Shown: piece after piece, positions 1 to 6,720 of the stretch | How the letters are laid out: every line of letters begins with the position of its first letter | Numbering within the stretch: the stretch's first letter is position 1 | Assembly (NCBI RefSeq): GCF_034471385.1 | Contig: NZ_JARGYU010000002.1 | Span: 163,793 to 187,792, forward strand | Source of the DNA: Lyticum sinuosum | GTDB taxonomy: Bacteria; Pseudomonadota; Alphaproteobacteria; Rickettsiales; Midichloriaceae | Reading direction: 5' to 3' | DNA length: 24,000 bases | The notes under the pieces: model-generated | The model's input: only the letters and a program-made list of their open reading frames with translations | Databases searched by the model: none | Told to the model about the DNA's origin: nothing | Program-made: the position numbers and the translations under genes

Positions 1-230
1 CCTAAATTTTCTATAAGGTTAAAAGATTTAGTTTCGCAAAAATCTCTAACTATTTTTGCTATTGAAGCATAGCAAACTGTATCCTCTAATCTATCTGTAT
101 CCGCTCCTAATAAAGAAATATCAAATGATAAATCTATATTGATAGATATCATTTGAGGATTCGATCTTTCTTCTTGAGTACATCCTATATATACTAAAAC
201 TCTCAAATCTAGAATTGATATCTTTAACAT
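1..230 (-). CDS. folB: dihydroneopterin aldolase-like protein, N-terminal part (C-terminus lies beyond the window start)
   Basis: Manual reverse-strand translation from the ATG at 230..228 gives MLKISILDLRVLVYIGCTQEERSNPQMISINIDLSFDISLLGADTDRLEDTVCYASIAKIVRDFCETKSFNLIENLG. The pattern IG-x4-ER, then D-x-L-x-DTV-x-Y, then F-x-LIE-x-L is typical of FolB-family aldolases. The frame is open to the window edge. It is absent from the ORF track because it is truncated. Confidence 0.6.
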   Translation of the reverse strand, partial: MLKISILDLRVLVYIGCTQEERSNPQMISINIDLSFDISLLGADTDRLEDTVCYASIAKIVRDFCETKSFNLIENL

Positions 231-265
231 ACTTTAAAGTTTTTTGCTATTTTTTAATACTTAAA

Positions 266-660
266 AATAAAAATATAAATAAGTAAAGTAAAGTAATTTA
301 TTCAAATATTTATTCAAATAAACAAATAAAAATAAACTTTAAAAATATAAATTAATAAATATAAACTTTAAAATCAAATTTAAAAAAATATTCTATTTAA
401 AAAGACTCCGTAGTACCATTTATATGTTCATCATATTTTTCAGAAAGCTCTTTATTTTTAATAAAAATATAAATAAGTAAAGTAATTTATTCAAATATTT
501 ATTCAAATAAACAAATAAATATAGACTTTAAAAATATAAATTAATAAATAAATATTAACTTTAAAAATAAACTTTAAAATCAAATTTAAAAAAATATTCT
601 ATTTAAAAAGATTCCGTAGTACCATTTATATGTTCATCATATTTTTCAGAAAGCTCTTTA
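266..660. repeat. imperfect tandem duplication (copy A 266..455, copy B 460..660) of the rpoA-folB spacer plus the last 18 codons and stop codon of rpoA
   Basis: Direct alignment of the two copies shows long identical runs, for example aataaaaatataaataagtaaag and tattcaaatatttattcaaataaacaaataaa. The block aaatcaaatttaaaaaaatattctatttaaaaaga[c/t]tccgtagtaccatttatatgttcatcatatttttcagaaagctcttta is also shared. The differences are one 5-nt indel, one indel of about 17 nt and a few substitutions. Confidence 0.9.
397..455 (-). pseudogene. displaced, non-translatable duplicate of the rpoA 3' end (would encode ..[18 protein letters not shown]-stop)
   Basis: 59 nt match 602..660, the true rpoA terminus, with one mismatch (c at 405 versus t at 610). 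There is no in-frame start codon, and it lies downstream of the real rpoA stop. Confidence 0.85.
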
Positions 661-1646
661 ATATTTTTAGGAGGCCATTGTGGTACATCCATACCAAAAC
701 GTAATCCCATTTTGTTTAATACATCTTTTATTTCATTTAAAGATTTTTTCCCGAAATTTGGAGTATGAAGCATTTTGACTTCACTTTTAGTAACTAAATC
801 TCCAATATATATTATATTTTCATTTTTGAGACAATTATGAGATCTAACTGATAATTCAAGATGAGAAACTTTAGTTAAAAGCTTTGGATCAAATGGAAGT
901 TCATTTTTTTCTTTATTATTTTTTTCTGTAACTTCACAATCACCGACAAACATTTTGAATTGTTCTTGTAGAATACGTGCAGCGTAAGATAAAGCAATAT
1001 CAGGTGTTATAGTTCCATTTGTTTGAACTGTTAAATCTAAACTATCATAATTTGATTCTTTACCCACTTTTGCAACATCTACACTGTATGTACATGTTTT
1101 TACTGGTGAAAAAATGGCATCCATTAAAATATATCTACCAGAAGCAGAAACAGGAGAATTTACTGAAATACTACCTGCTTGTTTATAACCACTGCCTTTT
1201 AATATAATAAGTGATAAATCTAACTCAGCATTTTTGTCAAGATGACATATAATATAATCTAAATCCGGTATTATGAGTATCTGATCATTATTATCTTTTC
1301 TAGGCATTTCATTTATCTCTTCTATTTGTAACATTCTTGCTGTGACAATTGCTGGACCTTTCATTTTTATCTTTGCCTTGATTCTATTTACACCACTTTT
1401 TAATCCCACAGGCATACTTTTAAGATTCAGTATTATATCTAAAAAGTCTTCTTTTATTCCATGAATTGAAGAATATTCATGTTCTGCGTCATTAATTCTT
1501 ACAGCAACAACAGCTGCACCAGGAATTGAAGAAAGTAGTACCCTCCTCAATGCATTCCCTAATGTTGTACCAAAACCTCTTTCTAGTGGTTCTGTTCTAA
1601 ATGTAACACTATTGGGATTTTTTATTTCTGTTATATAGTATGCCAT
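603..1646 (-). CDS. rpoA: DNA-directed RNA polymerase subunit alpha
   Basis: 347-aa ORF. The N-terminal domain ([28 protein letters not shown] and [28 protein letters not shown]) and the C-terminal domain ([23 protein letters not shown] and [18 protein letters not shown]) are classic RpoA signatures. Confidence 0.97.
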   Translation of the reverse strand: MAYYITEIKNPNSVTFRTEPLERGFGTTLGNALRRVLLSSIPGAAVVAVRINDAEHEYSSIHGIKEDFLDIILNLKSMPVGLKSGVNRIKAKIKMKGPAIVTARMLQIEEINEMPRKDNNDQILIIPDLDYIICHLDKNAELDLSLIILKGSGYKQAGSISVNSPVSASGRYILMDAIFSPVKTCTYSVDVAKVGKESNYDSLDLTVQTNGTITPDIALSYAARILQEQFKMFVGDCEVTEKNNKEKNELPFDPKLLTKVSHLELSVRSHNCLKNENIIYIGDLVTKSEVKMLHTPNFGKKSLNEIKDVLNKMGLRFGMDVPQWPPKNIKELSEKYDEHINGTTESF

Positions 1647-1858
1647 TAAGCAAATAAATCTATTTTATTATTAATAATAATCATATAAATGTAGAACTGC
1701 GCTATATTATATATTTTTTATTTTATATATTCAATAACAAAATATTAAAAATTTTATATTATAAATTTTTATATATTATAAAAATACAAAATATAATTTA
1801 TCTAAAATTTATTATAATAGTATTATTATTGAATATTACATATTTAGTAGTTTATCAT

Positions 1859-2938
1859 TTATATATTATTATAGTTAGCAAGCATAGCCATTTGATTTTC
1901 TGTTATTAATTTTTCTATAAATTGATCAATATCACCATCATTTATAACAGATTCTAAATTATAAGATGTTACATTTATACGATGATCAGTAACTCTATTT
2001 TGCGGATAATTATATGTTCTTATTCTTTCTGATCTATCTCCACTGCCTACCATAATTCTTCTTGCTTCAGATCTTTCATCTTCTACAGATTGTCTTTGCA
2101 TATCATATATTCTTGCACGTAATATTTTTAAAGCTTTGGCTTTATTCTTATGTTGTGATTTTTCATCTTGTTGGCATACTACAGTACCTGTAGGTATATG
2201 TGTTATACGTACTGCACTATCTGTTGTATTTACATGTTGTCCTCCAGCTCCAGAAGATCGATAAACATCTATTTTAATTTCACTTTCTTTTATTTCTACT
2301 TCAAAATCTTCAGCTTCAGGAAGAATTGCTACTGTTGCAGTAGAAGTATGAATTCTTCCATTTGATTCAGTATCAGGTACTCTTTGCACTCTATGCACCC
2401 CAGATTCAAATTTTAAATGAGCATAAACAGATTCTCCATTGATTGATACTGATGCTTCCTTGCATCCATCTAATCCTGTATTTTGATATTCTAATATTTC
2501 AAATTTCCATCTTTTTTTTTCTGAATATCTTTTATACATTCTAAATAAAACTGCGCAAAAAAGTGCAGCTTCCTCTCCACCAGTTCCACATCTTAATTCT
2601 AATATAACACCTTTATCATCTGCTTTATCTTTGGGTAACAAAAGATATCTTAGTTGTAAATCCAAATTTTTAACATCTTCCTTTAAAATTAAAAGCTCAG
2701 AGTTGAACATATCAACCATTTCTTTATCATCTTTTTGAGTATTCTCTAATATTTCATTTATTTCGCTTATTTCTTTATTTCTTTCAAGATATGCTTTTGC
2801 ATATGGAATAATATTTTCTATTTCTGATACATCTTTAGCATTCTGTTGATACTCATTTGATGAAGTAATTTCAAGCATTTTTTGATTTAATTCTTCATAC
2901 TTTTTTACAATTGCTTGAAGTTTTTCTATTAAGCTCAT
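1859..2938 (-). CDS. prfA: peptide chain release factor 1
   Basis: 359-aa ORF with the GGQ motif (RSSGAGGQHVNTTDSAVRITHIPTG). It has an RF1-type PxT tripeptide context (RVPDTESNGRIHTSTATVAILPE) and a conserved C-terminus (DRSERIRTYNYPQNRVTDHRI). Confidence 0.95.
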   Translation of the reverse strand: MSLIEKLQAIVKKYEELNQKMLEITSSNEYQQNAKDVSEIENIIPYAKAYLERNKEISEINEILENTQKDDKEMVDMFNSELLILKEDVKNLDLQLRYLLLPKDKADDKGVILELRCGTGGEEAALFCAVLFRMYKRYSEKKRWKFEILEYQNTGLDGCKEASVSINGESVYAHLKFESGVHRVQRVPDTESNGRIHTSTATVAILPEAEDFEVEIKESEIKIDVYRSSGAGGQHVNTTDSAVRITHIPTGTVVCQQDEKSQHKNKAKALKILRARIYDMQRQSVEDERSEARRIMVGSGDRSERIRTYNYPQNRVTDHRINVTSYNLESVINDGDIDQFIEKLITENQMAMLANYNNI

Positions 2939-3256
2939 TTTTGTATATTTTAAATTTATATAAATGATCCGCGAATCTAAAAATTATAACGATAAAGTAT
3001 GTTTTGTATTAACCTATAATTTGGTTATTCTATTTATATTTAAAACAAAAAATAATTATTCTTTCAATCATCAGTTGATTTTATAACTAAAAGTTGCTAT
3101 ATATCAACTACACTAATATTAAATAATCCAATTAATAAGTTAAATTCATAAAACATCTGCAATGTAATATATATTTAATATATATTTTACCTAATAAATA
3201 AGTATAAAGCTTTTCAAATTCTAAGATAAGATAACATTATCAAAATATTATAAAAT

Positions 3257-3421
3257 ATGTCAAACAATAATAAACAAGTATCGAATGTTTTTATGAATTT
3301 TTCGTATATTTCTACTATAAATAATGAAGTAGATGAAGAAATAGATCTGAATTATCAAAATTGTCTTATTGATCAAGGAAATAAAGTTCCTCAATTTTTT
3401 TATAAAAAACACAAAATTTGA
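3257..3421 (+). CDS. hypothetical small ORF (54 aa, TGA stop), possibly only a gene relic
   Basis: Manual translation gives MSNNNKQVSNVFMNFSYISTINNEVDEEIDLNYQNCLIDQGNKVPQFFYKKHKI. It is the only ORF of any length inside the 678-bp prfA/ORF-930 spacer. I see no recognisable family and no Shine-Dalgarno sequence. Confidence 0.15.
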   Translation: MSNNNKQVSNVFMNFSYISTINNEVDEEIDLNYQNCLIDQGNKVPQFFYKKHKI

Positions 3422-3616
3422 TAAAATATTTTAATATTAAGCTAAAATATACAAAAATCTGATATAAAAAAATATAATTTGTAAATATCAAATATATATT
3501 TTAAATATAAAATATTATACTAATAAATCATATTAATAGTCAAATAATTAAATTAATGTATTAATTTTTAAAAAAATATTAAAATATAAATAAATTATAT
3601 TTATTTTTAGTATTTT

Positions 3617-6409
3617 ATGAATAATAAGGAAATTCTAACAGAAGAAGATCAAAAAACAAAAAAACTAGAGGAAAAAAAACAACAAGAGGAAGAAAAACAA
3701 AAAATTGTAAAAGAAAAAAAACAAAAACAAGCTGAAGATAAGATTGCAAAAAAACAAGCTGAAGATAAAATTGCAAAAGAAAAAAAACAAGAAAAACAGA
3801 ATAGAAAGAATAAAAAAGAAAAAAAACAAGCAACAGCTAATGAGATAATTGAGGAATTTAATAAATTACAAATTCCTAAAAAACCAAAGGATCCTAAAAA
3901 ACCAGAAAAACTCAAGGATCCTAAAAAACCAGAAAAACTCAAGGATCCTAAAAAACCAGAAAAACTCAAGGATCCTAAAAAACCAAAAGCTATAACTAGT
4001 GTAAATCAAATAACAAAAGATGATATTAAAGAAATTAAAGATGAAAAATTTTTAGAAAAAATTGCTGATTTTATAGTAGAAGATAAACAAGATATAGAAA
4101 AAGCTTTACAAGGTTATAAAAAAAATAAGAAAACAGCTATAAGTATCATTAAAGGTGCAATGGTTCATGTTCTTAAAGCTCCAGGTATATTAATTCTTTC
4201 TGTTGCGCATTTTCTTGGTGGAATTGGATATTCTATTGCCGGAATGAAAGAGAAGTTCTTATCTCATAATTATGAGAAAGAAATAAAAAAAGTTAAAAAT
4301 AATATTGCTAATGTTATTTTAGATAATTCAAAGGATATTACTCCTAATCCTATAAAAAAATATCAATTAGAAGAATTGCAAGCAAGTTTAGAAAAACTTG
4401 AACAAAAATCAAAAAATTCTAAAGAAAAATCTAAAGAATTTAAGAAAATATCAGTCTCTCAGTTTACTGAATCTGCTAAAGTTCTGGTATTATTAATTCT
4501 TGATATGACGACTGTTATTTTAGGTATAGTAATCAATATCGCAAATATGGTAGGTTTTGACAAAATCAAGAATAAACTTAGTAAATTTAAAGATAAAATC
4601 AAGAGTGTTTTCAGTAAAAAAAAGGAGATACAAAAGAATACTCAAGAACATGAAGATCCACATAAAAAAGAAGAAGAAAGAAATGAGAAGATAGCAAACA
4701 TAGTAGATAGCAGTCTAACAATATCGAGCAAATTATTGGAAGTATTAGGAAAAATATCTATAGTCCCGGAGCCAAATTTATATGCAATTACTGCAGGTGT
4801 TACTGTAGGTATTGTAGCTGGATCAACCATGGCTGCAATTTATAATCATACACAAGAAAAGTTAGCAAAAAAGACGTTAAAATCTTATGATAAATTAAAT
4901 GAAGCTATTTCTGAATATACTTCTAAAACAAATCCACAAGTACAAAATCTACAATCTGAAGAAGATAAAAAAGCTCAAAAAGAAAAAATTCAACAAGAAA
5001 AACAAGATGTTATAAAAGAAAATGCTCCAAAAATACCAACTAAAATTATAAATACTTTTGAAATATATAAAGAAAATTTATCTAAAAGTAGTGAAATTTT
5101 AGAATTAATTGAAAAAAATAAAAAATTAATTGGTGATATCAGTGCACAACAAAAGAGTAATGCAGAATTAAAAATTAAAACAGAAGAACAAAAAAATCGA
5201 AATGATGATAAAGATAACAAAGAAAAATTAAATGATAACATAAATAAACAATTCAATAAGGAATCACAGGAGATAATTCAGAAAACAGTGAAAGGATTTG
5301 CTGAATTCAGTGAAAATTTAATGAAAATACAAGATTTACAAAAAGAATTAGACCATGAATTGAGTAAAGCTTATAAAATTCATGGAATTGAAAATCCTAT
5401 TGATCCTAGAATTTTTGATAAATCTATTAGTAGTTTAAAAGAATATCAATATAATGGATTTGATCCAAAAAAAGAATTTAATATTGAAGAAAATATTACT
5501 GATATTCAAACTAGTATAGAAAATGGTCAAAAAATATTTTTTAATGAAAAATTAAATGAAATTAAAAAATTAGATGAAGAATTTGTAAAAATAGAAAATG
5601 GTAAAGAATTTTCAGAAGAATCTTATCAAAATCATATTAATAATATAACAGAGAAAATAGAAAAAGATCTTAAAATAGAAGTAAAAACAGAGGCAGTAAA
5701 TATACTTTATGATGATCTTAATAAGATACTGAATAATCATGGATATCAATATAATAATTATAATCAAGGAATTGAAGCTCTAAGTCATAATCATAATGCA
5801 CATACTGTAAATAACACAGTAACACCTCCACAAACAACATCACATGGAACAACTCAACCACAAGGACATAATTCTAATACACAACAAAATACACATTCAC
5901 AACCCACTGTTAATTCTGCTAATCATAATACAGTCAAAGGTAATACAACTCATACTACGAACCCTGTTAAAACTAAGGGGTTTTTAGACTATATCAAGTC
6001 TGGATTAAATTCTATTACAGATTTTATATTGTCTTTCAAATTATTTCCAGATGTTGATGGACATAAAAATCATGAAAGACATAATAACAAAAATGGTCAT
6101 CCTACATCTTCATATTTAACAGATGTAAGTAAAAAGTTGAATTTAGTTCAGGAAATGAAAAATGATCTTAAGAAGGATGATCAACATAATAATGAACATC
6201 CTCAAAACAAATCTTTCCAGCGTAGTAATAGTTTTTCTGAAGGAGTAAAAAATAATAAAATTAAGGAAATAATAAATAAACATGATGAGAAAGGTGGTGT
6301 TACAAAATTAACGCAGTATTCTCAACAGCAAGATTTTTCAAAGAGTTTTGTTGAAAAAATAAAAGAACAAAAGATTAATGAGAGTAATCGGAGGAATTCT
6401 ATTTCTTAA
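3617..6409 (+). CDS. hypothetical 930-aa Lys/Glu/Asn-rich coiled-coil protein with three internal hydrophobic segments and a His/Asn/Thr/Gln-rich tail (orphan)
   Basis: An uninterrupted 930-codon ORF in DNA where stop codons are very frequent by chance. There is no N-terminal signal peptide. Hydrophobic segments lie at about aa 173-210 (nt 4133-4246), 287-314 (nt 4475-4558) and 381-409 (nt 4757-4843). It carries in-frame tandem repeats. I recognise no known family motif. Confidence 0.85.
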   Translation: MNNKEILTEEDQKTKKLEEKKQQEEEKQKIVKEKKQKQAEDKIAKKQAEDKIAKEKKQEKQNRKNKKEKKQATANEIIEEFNKLQIPKKPKDPKKPEKLKDPKKPEKLKDPKKPEKLKDPKKPKAITSVNQITKDDIKEIKDEKFLEKIADFIVEDKQDIEKALQGYKKNKKTAISIIKGAMVHVLKAPGILILSVAHFLGGIGYSIAGMKEKFLSHNYEKEIKKVKNNIANVILDNSKDITPNPIKKYQLEELQASLEKLEQKSKNSKEKSKEFKKISVSQFTESAKVLVLLILDMTTVILGIVINIANMVGFDKIKNKLSKFKDKIKSVFSKKKEIQKNTQEHEDPHKKEEERNEKIANIVDSSLTISSKLLEVLGKISIVPEPNLYAITAGVTVGIVAGSTMAAIYNHTQEKLAKKTLKSYDKLNEAISEYTSKTNPQVQNLQSEEDKKAQKEKIQQEKQDVIKENAPKIPTKIINTFEIYKENLSKSSEILELIEKNKKLIGDISAQQKSNAELKIKTEEQKNRNDDKDNKEKLNDNINKQFNKESQEIIQKTVKGFAEFSENLMKIQDLQKELDHELSKAYKIHGIENPIDPRIFDKSISSLKEYQYNGFDPKKEFNIEENITDIQTSIENGQKIFFNEKLNEIKKLDEEFVKIENGKEFSEESYQNHINNITEKIEKDLKIEVKTEAVNILYDDLNKILNNHGYQYNNYNQGIEALSHNHNAHTVNNTVTPPQTTSHGTTQPQGHNSNTQQNTHSQPTVNSANHNTVKGNTTHTTNPVKTKGFLDYIKSGLNSITDFILSFKLFPDVDGHKNHERHNNKNGHPTSSYLTDVSKKLNLVQEMKNDLKKDDQHNNEHPQNKSFQRSNSFSEGVKNNKIKEIINKHDEKGGVTKLTQYSQQQDFSKSFVEKIKEQKINESNRRNSIS
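3725..3778 (+). repeat. 27-bp in-frame tandem repeat x2 (KQAEDKIAK KQAEDKIAK)
   Basis: The unit aaacaagctgaagataa[g/a]attgcaaaa occurs twice back to back with one mismatch. Confidence 0.9.
3875..3987 (+). repeat. perfect 27-bp in-frame tandem repeat, three full copies plus flanking partial copies (PKKPEKLKD units)
   Basis: The unit ggatcctaaaaaaccagaaaaactcaa is identical at 3889-3915, 3916-3942 and 3943-3969. A partial copy runs from 3970 to about 3985, and a related cctaaaaaaccaaa precedes the array at 3875-3888. Confidence 0.95.
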
Positions 6410-6499
6410 TTCTATTCCCGGGGTATTAAAAGTAGAAAAATAAAAGATTAATCATTAATAAGAGTAATTCTCTGGGGAAGTAATAATATTTTTAATAAA

Positions 6500-6523
6500 A
6501 TTGCATATTTAAGAATATGCAAT
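6500..6523 (+). terminator. possible hairpin downstream of the 930-aa ORF
   Basis: Perfect 10-bp inverted repeat attgcatatt / aatatgcaat with a 4-nt loop (taag), about 90 nt after the stop at 6409. The trailing T-tract is poor (ataagtatttat), so terminator function is uncertain. Confidence 0.3.
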
Positions 6524-6720
6524 ATAAGTATTTATAAATTTAATTTACAAAAAAAAATTATATAAATTTTTGTAAAATCAAGATAATTCCTTGAATAATT
6601 TTAATATTAAATAAAATATGATTAAATTTTGAATATTTTGATAATTATAAAGTATTTACAAGATTATTTTAATGTAATAAAATTTTATTATATAAAAATA
6701 TTATAAAAATAGGATTTTCT

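Noticed and set aside
1019-1207. 62-aa plus-strand ORF from the track
   Set aside because: It lies entirely antisense within the well-supported rpoA CDS. Its Leu/Tyr/Asn-rich composition is typical of the reverse frame in AT-rich genes.
2168-2365. 65-aa plus-strand ORF
   Set aside because: It is antisense inside prfA, directly opposite the GGQ region. It has no independent support.
3615-3969. 72-aa and 106-aa minus-strand ORFs rich in Phe, Leu and Ser
   Set aside because: They are the antisense reading of the poly-purine Lys/Glu repeat region of the 930-aa ORF. They are a mirror-image artefact of the repeats.
3889-3975. Four evenly spaced GGATCC (BamHI) palindromes
   Set aside because: They are simply part of the 27-bp repeat unit (the K-D-P codons). 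They give no evidence for a restriction-modification or cloning-related feature.
4642-5256. 62-aa and 88-aa minus-strand ORFs
   Set aside because: They are antisense within the 930-aa ORF and much shorter than the sense frame.
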